Shown: positions 28,501 through 38,527, counted from the stretch's first letter. The stretch: DNA of 64,000 bases from an uncultured Candidatus Micrarchaeota archaeon (GCA_963791815.1 CAWBTT010000001.1:116802-180801), one strand, 5' to 3'. Numbers and translations: made by a program. The notes: a model not told the origin generated them from the sequence alone.

Positions 28501-29403
28501 TTATGCACCCCGGAGTAAGAGCATCCTCAAATCATTGAATCCCTGGAACGCGTCAATAGCATCATCCCAGCATTCGAGGTTCTCTCTCGCGTAATTCGCG
28601 TTGTTATCTACAGTCGCATCATATGCGCATGTTTTTGTTATTGCATTGATGTCTTCTTCAAGGTCACCAGCCTTATCAAGAACTTCTTCCTTGTTGTCAT
28701 TGTTGCTCGCAGCCACGATAGGCTCTGCATAGTCAATAACAGCAAGCATCTGCTCACACCTGAAGAGAAGTATCAGCCTTGAGTGTCTCAAATGGAGCGC
28801 CCTGATTTCAGCTGGGTCATAGTTTTCATACGCACCATCAATGTCGCTCATTAGTTCTTTGCCATCGTCAACCACATCCTCCATTGCCTCGGCGTCAATC
28901 CCGATTGTTTTATATGTGTGAATCAGTTCGTCGGCATCGTCAATTTCATTAATGACATATTCATTGGCAGCTTTTTTCTCGAGGTCAATTGCGTCTTCGC
29001 GGCACTCATAACGCTTATCCTTGAGGTCAGGCTCGCCATCGCGGACACAGGAGAAGAATGTTGCATTCTTGTGGTCAAAGGCGTCTTTCACTACCTGGCC
29101 AATCAGTTCGAGTGAATGCCCTGCAAGCTGGACCATGTCAAGACCAAATAGCAGTCTGTTGCCATCCTTGGCATTGTCCTTCAAGCTCTCAAGGTCATTC
29201 TTCATGTCCTGGATATATTCTGATGAGTCGAAAACGCTTACATTCGCCTCCTCGCCGCAGTCTTCCCGCATCTCCAGCCATTCATCTGCATAGCGAACAT
29301 CGCACGCGACATACTCTGCCCTAGCTTCGAGCATATCTGGCATCGCGTCATTTGCAAATGAGAAGCTGGCTAACACCAGCAATAATAGTAGAAATCGTCT
29401 CAT
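28501..29403 (-). CDS. Secreted acidic helical protein
   Basis: Signal peptide MRRFLLLLLVLASFSFA. Confidence 0.78.
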   Translation of the reverse strand: MRRFLLLLLVLASFSFANDAMPDMLEARAEYVACDVRYADEWLEMREDCGEEANVSVFDSSEYIQDMKNDLESLKDNAKDGNRLLFGLDMVQLAGHSLELIGQVVKDAFDHKNATFFSCVRDGEPDLKDKRYECREDAIDLEKKAANEYVINEIDDADELIHTYKTIGIDAEAMEDVVDDGKELMSDIDGAYENYDPAEIRALHLRHSRLILLFRCEQMLAVIDYAEPIVAASNNDNKEEVLDKAGDLEEDINAITKTCAYDATVDNNANYARENLECWDDAIDAFQGFNDLRMLLLRGA

Positions 29404-29432
29404 GAATGGAAAATAAAAGTTAAAATTTAAAA

Positions 29433-29684
29433 CTAGAACGCTATTCCCATGAAATTCAGGGCAATCACCAATAGGAATCCTCCGACTCCGCCAAGGGCTA
29501 CTATTGCTATTGACCAGAAGTTGACCTCAATCCCCATGTGTAGGTATGTATTGATTACAAAGAACAGGATGATTCCTAAAATCGAGTTCATTATAACTGC
29601 AAGCGGGTTCTTGAAGAATCTGATTACCAGCACAACCAGGAACAGCGCAAGAAGCAATGCGCCAATTTCTACGTAAATGGCCAT
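29433..29684 (-). CDS. BofA-like small membrane protein
   Basis: NSILGIILFFVIN..IEVNFWSIAIVALGGVGG. Confidence 0.8.
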   Translation of the reverse strand: MAIYVEIGALLLALFLVVLVIRFFKNPLAVIMNSILGIILFFVINTYLHMGIEVNFWSIAIVALGGVGGFLLVIALNFMGIAF

Positions 29685-29738
29685 ATGGTGCTTTCATAGG
29701 CGAAGTATTAATTTTTACCTGTTGGGAAATCGCAGGAA

Positions 29739-29755
29739 TCCGCGGAAATGAGGTG
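29739..29755 (+). repeat. 17-bp direct repeat, copy 1 (TCCGCGGAAATGAGGTG)
   Basis: Identical to 35597-35613. Confidence 0.75.
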
Positions 29756-29886
29756 TGCTGGTTTTTCTTTATAAACAAAGTTTGTTCTCGTTTAGTCTGT
29801 TCACCTAGTCGGGGACGTTTCCCCGGGAATTACGACCAGTGATTGGGGCCCGTTTGGGGCTTCTTTATGATAATGAGGTGCTTTGG

Positions 29887-30012
29887 ATGGATATACAAAA
29901 TAAGATTAACTCGCTGCTCCGCTACAGGGAATCCATGGATGCAGAAGAAAAAGAAGTATTTGACATGCTTGTCGGAAATGCAAGGGAAATTGCATTCTGC
30001 CATGTCGCTTAA
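29887..30012 (+). CDS. 41-aa peptide resembling the PolB2-associated small-protein family
   Basis: GAGGTG RBS; MDIQNKINSLLRYRESMDAEEKEVFDMLVGNAREIAFCHVA. Confidence 0.45.
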   Translation: MDIQNKINSLLRYRESMDAEEKEVFDMLVGNAREIAFCHVA

Positions 30013-30078
30013 TTTTCACCCCGTTTGGGAGGTTGCCTTGTGAGGAGGGCGTTCGAGAGGCCGCCCCCTCCCACTCTT

Positions 30079-30390
30079 TTACTGCTCAGGCATTCCGAAT
30101 ACAAATTGTATAAGGACAGGATGCCTGGATTTGATTACTTTTTCAAATTTCTCCTTCATCTCTTCCGATTCTGAGGCCTTTGCATGCACAGTCTCGAGGA
30201 TTTTGTGCCTTGCTTTGAGGGCCTCATTTAGATGTTCATTGACATCTTCGAACATTTTGCCGAGCTCTTCTGCCTCTGGGCCAAGTTCTTTCAAATCAAT
30301 CTCTTCTACTGGTTCGCAATTGCAGTCACTGCAACATTCGCCTTCACCAGCTTCGTCTTTGCAGCACTCATTCTCATCGTTTTCTTTCAT
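30079..30390 (-). CDS. Small acidic protein with a Cys-cluster N-terminus
   Basis: ECCKD..ECCSDCNCE followed by a coiled coil. Confidence 0.75.
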   Translation of the reverse strand: MKENDENECCKDEAGEGECCSDCNCEPVEEIDLKELGPEAEELGKMFEDVNEHLNEALKARHKILETVHAKASESEEMKEKFEKVIKSRHPVLIQFVFGMPEQ

Positions 30391-30544
30391 TTTTGCACCT
30401 GTAGAAGAATCAGATTAAAAAGAAATTAAAAGGGGGAAGGCACGGTTGTAAGATGCCCCCCTCCTAACAAAATGGGAACAAGTAGTTTAAGGATAGGTTT
30501 AATATGGCTTTCCGTGTGGGAAAAAGAGAATAAAAAAGAAAAAA

Positions 30545-33500
30545 CTAGGGCGCGTGTGACGGACAGAGTGTGTTTTTCACATATGTCTTATCAGGGCAGT
30601 TGCATCCGCCACCCGCAGTTGGGGGGCATGCTTCCCTATAGACGTCCTTGCAGCAGCAGGTTGTTGTGCCAGCAGGGTTGCTCCATGAACCCATCTTGAC
30701 ATAGAGGCATGTGACATAGCACATGACTTCATCCTCTGCTGCAGCGGCTGAGCATGACTCGCTCGTGTAACCTGTTCCGAGGTTGGTCTCGTAGCCCTCG
30801 CTTGCACAGTATGAAGCGCAATTAGGAGACGGTGGCGCCAAGCACTGGCAGTTGTAGCAGATTTCACTTGCGCTGCAGTCGCCATCTGATTCGCACTGCT
30901 CATTCAGGTTGATAATCCCATCACCGCAGTAGAGCGTTACACTCTCAGCAACACACTGGCATGCTGAGCAGTATTCGCCAGAATCGCAGTCGTGGTCATC
31001 CTCACATTCCTCAGGGGATGTGACAACATCATCACCGCAGTAAAGGTCTTGCGCTTCCTCAACACAGCTGCAGTACGAGCAGTACTCGTTTGATGCGCAT
31101 GCTGAATCATCATTGCCATCGCACTCTTCACTGCCTTCCCTCTTGTTGTTGCCGCAGTATGCCTCTTCAGGAACATCTCCCGGGTCTACACATGCGCATG
31201 AATAGCATGTCTTGCCCATCGGACAGTCATCTGTGTAGCTGTTGCCGTGATCGCACTCCTCTGGAGGCGTTACTCTCCCATCACCACACTGGCCAGTCCC
31301 TTCCTCAACAATGCAGGAACATGAGGGCGTGTCGCACTTGTAACCTGTTGGGCAGATGTTTGTCTTCACATTTCCGCCGTCGCATCCTTCATAGCCAGTA
31401 ATCTTGCCATCACCGCATCTTGGGCTGTGCTCTATCTTCTTGCACTGGCAGCTTTCTGTGCAGTAGTCAGGGAATGCTGTATCTGTGGAAGCGCAGGTGT
31501 TTGTGCTTGAACTTCCATAATCGCAGCCCTCGCCATACCCGATTACGCCATCTCCGCAAACTGCGAGGTTCGAAAGGCAGGTGCATGAACCGGTGTCGCA
31601 GTAATAACTGCCGCCGGTCAGCTTTTCACAGTCGTCCTGGCACAGCCAGGCGTTGGCACCATACACCTCATCCAAGCCCAAGCCTGTCAGGTTATTTTCA
31701 GCGCAGCTCACAGTGATGGGTGGGGGGAGGATTGTATAGCATGTGCATGTCTTTGAGTCGCAGAAGGAATCTGCACCAAGCATTTCCTGGCAGTCGTCCA
31801 TGCAACTCCAACCGTTTGGATACGTATCATTGAGCGAAGTTGTTGTTGTGCCAACCTTGCTGTTGGCGGCGCAGCTGACCTCAGGTTTATCCTGTTTCTT
31901 CGTACATGTGCACGACTGGGCGTTGCACACATATTCAGAGCCTGTGTATTCAGCGCAGTCATCCTCACACTTCATATTGCTGGCATCAAACTTGTTGACA
32001 TCAAGCAGAGAGACATATTCAGTATGCGCAGAGCAGCTGAGCTCGGTGCCTTCGCCAGGCACGCAGTAGCAGGAGACCGAGTCGCAGACCATATTATCAT
32101 CAAAGTTCTTCTTGCAGTCATCAACGCACTGCATGCTGGAAGTGTATCCCTTTCCGGTAGTGCCTATCGCGTCATTGATGTAGGCGTTGCCGGTATTAGC
32201 GGCGCAGTTTATCTTGCCTCCATCGGTCGATGGCCTGCAGATGCAGCTCTCAAGGTCGCAAGTGTACCCGTCCCCAAGCACTTTCTCGCAGTTGTCAGAA
32301 CACATTGGCGGCTTTGTTGTGCTTGTTCCTGTGTAGCTGTTCGTGCCGGAATTGTAGGCATCGAGAGTGTTGCTCGCGCACGGGGTCGTGGCCTTGCACT
32401 TGCAGGATGCCATATCACATTCATATGCCCCCACATAGCTAAGAACATCGCAATCGTCCTTGCACATGTCGCCTGGCTTGTACTTGTTGGTATAGTTGCC
32501 TGTGAAATCCATCATTCCATCAAGCGTATTGTAGAAACAATTGAATTCCTTTTTCTTCTTTGTACAGGTGCATGAGCCGACATTGCACTCGTAGTCTGAT
32601 CCCATGTACTCGGCACAGTCGTCGCTGCACTGCTGGGATGATTTGTATACATTTTTGTCAGTTGCATCAACATATTGAGTGTTGAAGCTGCAGCTGATTT
32701 CCTGCTTTTCAGTAGGTTCACAGAGGCAGCTTACTGAGTTGCAGACATAGCCTTCTGGGTAGACTTCCTTGCAGTTGTCAATGCACTGCATTGTTGTTGA
32801 GTCGAACTGGGCTTGTCCCCTCTTCTCGACTCCGCGCTCTAATGCATCGTCAGTGTTTGCTGCGCAGTAGACGTTCGCAGTGTCATTGGACCTTCTGCAC
32901 AAACAGGCCTTGGCATCACAGGTATAACCCATGCCAAGCTTGTCGCAGTTGTCGATGCACTGCCCCCCATCATAGTAGTTGACTCCATAGATTATCGTGT
33001 CATCAGTATTAGCCGCGCACGTCTCCGCATATTCACAGATGCAGCTCTGGGCATTGCATGTGGCTTCAAGCATCTCGAATGTCTCGGCGCAATCATCAAC
33101 GCAGACCTGCTTTGACGCGTCGTATCCGCTGAGCCCAATGCCGATTATGTCGGAAACTTGAGTTCCGATTGTGTTGGCGCCGCAGCTCAGGTTTGCCTTG
33201 GTTACATTCCGCACACATGTACATGAACTTGTGACACAGTCATAGTCAAAGCCAAGCATGAAACAATTGTCTTCACAGACCATTGTCGCCGGGTTGAAAT
33301 TGTTCTTGTCTGAAGCAATCACTGCCATAGTATGTGATGCGCAGTAGAATGAAGTGTCGTCCTTTTCTTTGCAGGTGCAGCTTGCAACTTCGCACTCGTA
33401 ATTGGAGCCGTATGATGAGCAATCATCACTGCACAAATCGCCTGCTTTGAATCCAGGTTTTCCAAAGAGAATGTCCCCCCAGGTGTTGGAACCACATGAA

Positions 33501-35098
33501 ACTTCCCTTGGAGGAGGCGGTTGGTCACAGGTACATGTCTTCACATCGCATTCATAATTCTCTCCAAGCTGGTCACAGTCATCAACGCACATGTCACCTG
33601 CTTTGAAGAAATTGATTCCGAACATGACTCCTCCACTATTTGCCGCGCAGGAAATGTTGTTTGGCGGTGGGAGAGGAGGTTTGTTGACACAGTTGCATGT
33701 AGGATCGCACCTCCATTCTGCCCCGAAATTCGCCTTGCAGTTGTCAATGCAAATCATTCCAGGAGCCCAAATCGGGAATCCGAATGCAGATGCCCAACTG
33801 TTTGCCGCGCAGTCAACGGAATCATTTCCGGGTGGGTACTGTGAATAGCACTGGCAGTTGTTAACATTGCACCAGTCGTTCGGGTTCGCGCATGGAACTC
33901 CGACTTCGCATTGCTCCCACCAAAGGTTGATTACCTTGTCACCGCAGTAGGGGCCTTCATCAGGTTCATCCATTTCCCTAAGCGGACTGACTGCCGGGTT
34001 TCTGTTGTATGAGCCATCAAGAGAAGCGTCAATCTTGTCAACGCCCTGCCAGGCTCCGCTTTCATAATATGAATAATATATTTGAGATGTTGGAATTACT
34101 TTTGTCCACCAGATGTCAAGTCCGATTTTCCTTTCCCTGATGAAAGTAAGTGAGTTCCGGTCATCGCTTGCCTTCATTGCTGAGATTGTATTTTCTGATG
34201 TTGTCGTAAGCACGTTTGGCTGGTGGTATAGGTCTTCATCATCACTATACGCTCCATTAGGCACATCGCTTGAATCATATGAGACATCAGGCATCATGCC
34301 GTCTGCGTAGTGGTTTGCTGGTGCGCCGAGCTTTGCTGAATATAGTTCATTGTTCGGCCCTGGCCAGACAACGGTAACCTCTGCCTTGTTGAGAGCAACG
34401 TCAATACCAGTTCTTTGGGTTGTGGGCACATTATTGTCAAGAACTGCTTTTGCACCGACTAAAAGAGGAGAGGTCCATCCGTTCTTTGAGTATGCTGCTG
34501 CGTAGGCGTTTGTTGAACCGCTTGTATCGGTTCCAGTGAATACAAGGTAGTAGTTGCCATCCCTTTCACTGTAAGCAACCTCTGGAAGTGATAGTTTTGA
34601 GATTCCGGATGTGTTGAGTTTCTCTGGAGTTGTCCATCCGACTCCGGTAGTATAGTATGAAGAGTAAAGCATTGTTCCTTTTGTTACCCAGACTGCGAGG
34701 GCATCCCCTGCGCCATCCATCGCGACGCTCGGGTCAGTGTCCTGGTCTCCAGAACTTAGTTTGACCGGAGAGGTCCAGTTGGCACCATCCCACATGGAAT
34801 AGTAAACTGTATTTCCGCCAGTCTGCTTGGTCCAGACAGAAACCGCGCTCTCATCATTTGATGAGACATCAGGGTCATGGTCATCACCAGAATCAACTGC
34901 AATCGGAGCCGATTTCGCGCCGCTTGGGGTAAACCACTGCTTTGTGCTCTGGTCATAAACAGAGTAATGAACATCCCAGGTATCTTCCTGGTGCTGCCAG
35001 ACTGCGATTGCGTCTTTTCCTTGCGGAGCTACGTTAATACAGCCCGCTACCATCATGACAAGTATTCCGAAAACAACAAAGCTACGTAAATTCAACAC
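30545..35098 (-). CDS. Giant Cys-rich repeat lipoprotein / surface protein
   Basis: VAGC lipobox; W-rich beta domain; 14 six-Cys repeats; 7 CGD/NG..EECD-type (DUF4215-like) repeats. Confidence 0.88.
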   Translation of the reverse strand: MLNLRSFVVFGILVMMVAGCINVAPQGKDAIAVWQHQEDTWDVHYSVYDQSTKQWFTPSGAKSAPIAVDSGDDHDPDVSSNDESAVSVWTKQTGGNTVYYSMWDGANWTSPVKLSSGDQDTDPSVAMDGAGDALAVWVTKGTMLYSSYYTTGVGWTTPEKLNTSGISKLSLPEVAYSERDGNYYLVFTGTDTSGSTNAYAAAYSKNGWTSPLLVGAKAVLDNNVPTTQRTGIDVALNKAEVTVVWPGPNNELYSAKLGAPANHYADGMMPDVSYDSSDVPNGAYSDDEDLYHQPNVLTTTSENTISAMKASDDRNSLTFIRERKIGLDIWWTKVIPTSQIYYSYYESGAWQGVDKIDASLDGSYNRNPAVSPLREMDEPDEGPYCGDKVINLWWEQCEVGVPCANPNDWCNVNNCQCYSQYPPGNDSVDCAANSWASAFGFPIWAPGMICIDNCKANFGAEWRCDPTCNCVNKPPLPPPNNISCAANSGGVMFGINFFKAGDMCVDDCDQLGENYECDVKTCTCDQPPPPREVSCGSNTWGDILFGKPGFKAGDLCSDDCSSYGSNYECEVASCTCKEKDDTSFYCASHTMAVIASDKNNFNPATMVCEDNCFMLGFDYDCVTSSCTCVRNVTKANLSCGANTIGTQVSDIIGIGLSGYDASKQVCVDDCAETFEMLEATCNAQSCICEYAETCAANTDDTIIYGVNYYDGGQCIDNCDKLGMGYTCDAKACLCRRSNDTANVYCAANTDDALERGVEKRGQAQFDSTTMQCIDNCKEVYPEGYVCNSVSCLCEPTEKQEISCSFNTQYVDATDKNVYKSSQQCSDDCAEYMGSDYECNVGSCTCTKKKKEFNCFYNTLDGMMDFTGNYTNKYKPGDMCKDDCDVLSYVGAYECDMASCKCKATTPCASNTLDAYNSGTNSYTGTSTTKPPMCSDNCEKVLGDGYTCDLESCICRPSTDGGKINCAANTGNAYINDAIGTTGKGYTSSMQCVDDCKKNFDDNMVCDSVSCYCVPGEGTELSCSAHTEYVSLLDVNKFDASNMKCEDDCAEYTGSEYVCNAQSCTCTKKQDKPEVSCAANSKVGTTTTSLNDTYPNGWSCMDDCQEMLGADSFCDSKTCTCYTILPPPITVSCAENNLTGLGLDEVYGANAWLCQDDCEKLTGGSYYCDTGSCTCLSNLAVCGDGVIGYGEGCDYGSSSTNTCASTDTAFPDYCTESCQCKKIEHSPRCGDGKITGYEGCDGGNVKTNICPTGYKCDTPSCSCIVEEGTGQCGDGRVTPPEECDHGNSYTDDCPMGKTCYSCACVDPGDVPEEAYCGNNKREGSEECDGNDDSACASNEYCSYCSCVEEAQDLYCGDDVVTSPEECEDDHDCDSGEYCSACQCVAESVTLYCGDGIINLNEQCESDGDCSASEICYNCQCLAPPSPNCASYCASEGYETNLGTGYTSESCSAAAAEDEVMCYVTCLYVKMGSWSNPAGTTTCCCKDVYREACPPTAGGGCNCPDKTYVKNTLCPSHAP

Positions 35099-35170
35099 GT
35101 GCCCACCGGAGTGAATTCCGGTAAGACAGTTTAAAATACTATGGAAAGTGAAAACTACAAAAACTACAGA

Positions 35171-35560
35171 TTAGAACTTCTTGCAAAGCTGGGTTTTTTC
35201 CAGCCGCTCGACGAACTCGACAAGTTTTGCTATTGTTTCTTCACTTAGATTGTCTTCTATTCTGCAGGCATCCAAGTATGCTGTTTTATGTGAGACTCCT
35301 GCCATCTTGAATAATTTTAGCAGAATTTGATACCTTGCTTTGATTGCGAGGGCTTTCTTCTTTCCCTCATCAGTCAGGGTGACAGCGCCGCGTTTCTCAT
35401 GATTCACCATGCCAGCTTTTGCCAGTTTGCTGAGCATCTCGGTAACTGACGGTGCTGAAACGTTCAGTGCCTTTGCTATGTCGCTTGGCCGCGCATAGCC
35501 CTTCTTCTGGGCTAAATCATATATGATTCGAAGATAGTTTTCGGCGGCCCTTGAGAGCAT
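35171..35560 (-). CDS. DtxR/MntR family metal-dependent regulator
   Basis: ENYLRIIY..ARPSDIAKALNVSAPSVTEML..DACRIED. Confidence 0.9.
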   Translation of the reverse strand: MLSRAAENYLRIIYDLAQKKGYARPSDIAKALNVSAPSVTEMLSKLAKAGMVNHEKRGAVTLTDEGKKKALAIKARYQILLKLFKMAGVSHKTAYLDACRIEDNLSEETIAKLVEFVERLEKTQLCKKF

Positions 35561-35596
35561 GGACAGAGATAACAGTGAAAATTTTTAAGCGGGATG

Positions 35597-35613
35597 TCCG
35601 CGGAAATGAGGTG
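35597..35613 (+). repeat. 17-bp direct repeat, copy 2
   Basis: Identical to 29739-29755. Confidence 0.75.
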
Positions 35614-35719
35614 AGCACCCAAACGCATATTTTGAGCGCTCAGGATGACAATAATGGTGATTGCATGAAAGATGAAATGAGCGATGAAGAAGTGAGATTA
35701 TTGAGCGAAATTAGGAGAT

Positions 35720-36412
35720 TCAGGCAACGGGAGCTTTACTCAGTTTCCTGAGCACATCAGCATTTCTTTTGGTGTACTTGAGGATGGAATCTGCCTGCTC
35801 GTTTGTGAGGAGTTCGATTGCCATCCCCCAGTGCACTGAGATTAGATTGCCCGCCTGGACGGATTCGATAAATCTGGTGCCATTGAATTCCAGAAGAACA
35901 GACTCCTGCTTTTTACCTATTGAGGGCCCGTCTTCGATGGAATAGCGCTCTACTTGCAGACTGTTCCCTTGGACTGATAGGACTTTCCCTGGAAGGACAC
36001 AGCACGAGTCAAAGTTTTTGATTGATTTTTCAACCTTGTCAGTGACGAAGTTTATGTACAATGAGTTGAAACTGTGGTGAGGGACCAGTCCTTCTGGGAG
36101 GTTCTTGCTGAGTTCTTCTGCCCTTGGATGGCCGGGCGGGAAAAGCTCATTGATTATGAATTCTTTCAAAGAATTGTGTGATACGTTTTCCAGGAGCTCG
36201 TTTCCAGTCCAGAATGCACGCACCACATCATCGTCAAAAGACTGTTTTTGGTTTTCCCTGGCAATTAGGCAAAGGTATGCGTAATGAGGATGGAATTTCT
36301 TCAGTTCTTCCATTGTCTTTTCATTGTCCCCAGACTGTAAAAGAGAAACAAAAGAAGATGTGCCGCAGTAGCCAAGGCTGTTGGGAGTGAATGAGTATTT
36401 GGCTGCTATCAT
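35720..36412 (-). CDS. DUF6390-like hydrogenase-associated protein
   Basis: YSFTPNSLGYCG, AFWTGN, PHHSF; HypC-like C-terminus ISVHWG. Confidence 0.75.
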   Translation of the reverse strand: MIAAKYSFTPNSLGYCGTSSFVSLLQSGDNEKTMEELKKFHPHYAYLCLIARENQKQSFDDDVVRAFWTGNELLENVSHNSLKEFIINELFPPGHPRAEELSKNLPEGLVPHHSFNSLYINFVTDKVEKSIKNFDSCCVLPGKVLSVQGNSLQVERYSIEDGPSIGKKQESVLLEFNGTRFIESVQAGNLISVHWGMAIELLTNEQADSILKYTKRNADVLRKLSKAPVA

Positions 36413-37314
36413 CTTACCATCTTGGCAGGCTCCGGCCTAAAGACGCTCAGAATCCTGGAGAAACTTACCATGATTACCACTCCGAGGAGGATAAGTAAAA
36501 GCCCCATCCCCTCAGTCAAAGTAACTGCCTTCCCAAGGAAGAACAAGTTGAGTGCGGCGGTAATGATTCCCCCTGAAGCGAGAACCGCTGTTGCTTTCAG
36601 AACCGGCAGATGCTTGAGCGCATGGTACCATGCCATCACGAACCCAAATAGCAGGAGCGATGTCAAGGCAAGCCACTGAACAACCTCCACGCTAACTGTA
36701 GAGATTAAGTGCAGCGAGCCGGTCACTCCGAGGAACCCAAATAGCACGATTGAACCGAAGAGCATCCTTGAGACCATCAGCACCTTGGGCGAGACATCTG
36801 CAAGGACTTTTCTTGATATCGTATATTCAAGTGCCCAGAGAACTGTTGCCCCAAGGACCATGAGCTGCCCTATTCCAAATGCCAGTTCTCCTGAAACCAG
36901 CAAAGCGTTCCCAAGGAGGATAATCAATCCGGCGGCATAGTCTTTTGCCTCAGGCTTTTCCTTGAGTATAAGGTAGCCGAAGACACCTGCGAATATGAAT
37001 AGTGAGCGGAATACGAATGAACTGACTGCGGCGCCCCCAAGTTTCAGCCCCCAGAAGAACATCAGGAAAGGGAGGCTTCCACCGATTACGCCAATCAGCG
37101 CAAGAAGTCCCCATTGTTTCCTTGAAAGGTTACGGAAGTTATGAAGCTCATTCAACGCGAGCACTGCCGCCCCAAGGAAAACCAGCACCCCAGTATTCTT
37201 GAGAAGGGTGTAAACGAACGGGTCTGAGAGTTTCACTGCAAATCCGTTTATGAATACTGACACTCCGCTGATAAGCGCCGTGATTATTGCAAACATTAAG
37301 CCTCTTGATATCAT
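36409..37314 (-). CDS. EamA/DMT transporter
   Basis: 10 TM helices in two repeats; ILKEK. Confidence 0.88.
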   Translation of the reverse strand: MISRGLMFAIITALISGVSVFINGFAVKLSDPFVYTLLKNTGVLVFLGAAVLALNELHNFRNLSRKQWGLLALIGVIGGSLPFLMFFWGLKLGGAAVSSFVFRSLFIFAGVFGYLILKEKPEAKDYAAGLIILLGNALLVSGELAFGIGQLMVLGATVLWALEYTISRKVLADVSPKVLMVSRMLFGSIVLFGFLGVTGSLHLISTVSVEVVQWLALTSLLLFGFVMAWYHALKHLPVLKATAVLASGGIITAALNLFFLGKAVTLTEGMGLLLILLGVVIMVSFSRILSVFRPEPAKMVR

Positions 37315-37679
37315 TTCTTCACCTTCTTTCGCATTTTCTTTGGTTTTGTCTTCTGCCTTTTCTTTGGCTTCAGTTGCTCCCTCTTTGTGACAGCATTCTC
37401 AAACTCATTCGGGAAGTAGATGCACTTGACCGGGCAGACATCATTGCAAAGCCCGCAAAGGATGCATTTTCCAAGATCCACTTCGGCTTTCTTTTCTTTG
37501 TTGACAGTGATTGCCCCTGTCGGGCAGTTCACCTGGCAGAGAAAACAGCCTATGCAGGTTTTCTGGTCAACATAGATGTTGCCGCGGAAATGGACTGATA
37601 CTTTTGTCTTTTTCTTTGGGTAGTCTATTGTGAATGGTTTCTTGAGAAGGTTCCGGAGCACATCTGTAGTCATTCCCAT
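37311..37679 (-). CDS. 2x[4Fe-4S] subunit (EchF/NuoI-like)
   Basis: CIGCFLCQVNCP, CILCGLCNDVCP. Confidence 0.92.
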   Translation of the reverse strand: MGMTTDVLRNLLKKPFTIDYPKKKTKVSVHFRGNIYVDQKTCIGCFLCQVNCPTGAITVNKEKKAEVDLGKCILCGLCNDVCPVKCIYFPNEFENAVTKREQLKPKKRQKTKPKKMRKKVKK

Positions 37680-37681
37680 TT

Positions 37682-38527
37682 TTACACCATCACGAAGAGA
37701 TTAATAAGCGCTAGGAGCGCTATCAGAAGGAAGATTTTGGCTGTCCTGAATGTACAGTACCTTGGGGATGATGCCTGCATAAGCATGTAGAAGAACGCGA
37801 ATCCGAATGCCGCTGGAAGGGCCCATATTTTCCCGAATATGAGCATCCCTGCCATCAGGAAGAATGCGAGGTCCTTGCTGAACTCTGCTATCTCCAGAAG
37901 CGCCAGGTCTTTCCCATAATACTCTGCGAAGAATCCGGCTGAGATTTCAGCTTCTGCATTCACAACGTCAAACGGAGTTATCCTTATGATTACGAATCCT
38001 ACGAGAATCAAAAGTATTGAGGCAAGTGGAAGCTGCATGAACGCGGCTTCAGGCCAGAACTCTGCCAGAGAGAGTACCCCCATCTTTGCGAAGAATACTG
38101 AAATCACCATAAGGAATGAAAGCTCATAGCCAAGCATGAGCAGAAGCTCCCTCATGCTCGAATGAATCGCGAATGGACTCCTGCTTGCTACTGCGCCGAA
38201 GATGTAGAATGTGTCCAACAGTATGAACAGATATCCAAGGACAATGAAGTCATAGTCAAAACTGAATGGAGAATCTACTCCAAGCAGCGCTGCCGAGACA
38301 AAGATAAGGATGACGAATCCCGTGATTAGCGAAATCACTGGAACGATGTTGAATATCGGATTGGTGTACGGAGTTTTCTTCTTGGAAAACAATTTGAGGA
38401 TGTCAAAGAAAGGCTGGATTATTGGAGGCCCCACACGGTTGTGCATCCTGGCAATTATCTTCCTTTGTATGCCTGAGAAGAGAATCGCAATGACAACCAG
38501 GCACAGGGCAAGAATATATTCAAACAT
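37682..38527 (-). CDS. Membrane subunit (EchB/NuoH-like)
   Basis: RKIIARMHNRVGPP..QPFFDILKL; PFDVVNAEAEI. Confidence 0.92.
   Translation of the reverse strand: MFEYILALCLVVIAILFSGIQRKIIARMHNRVGPPIIQPFFDILKLFSKKKTPYTNPIFNIVPVISLITGFVILIFVSAALLGVDSPFSFDYDFIVLGYLFILLDTFYIFGAVASRSPFAIHSSMRELLLMLGYELSFLMVISVFFAKMGVLSLAEFWPEAAFMQLPLASILLILVGFVIIRITPFDVVNAEAEISAGFFAEYYGKDLALLEIAEFSKDLAFFLMAGMLIFGKIWALPAAFGFAFFYMLMQASSPRYCTFRTAKIFLLIALLALINLFVMV

Noticed and set aside
30545-35098. Diversity-generating retroelement acting on the Cys-repeat gene
   Set aside because: No reverse transcriptase and no near-identical TR/VR pair with A-specific mismatches seen
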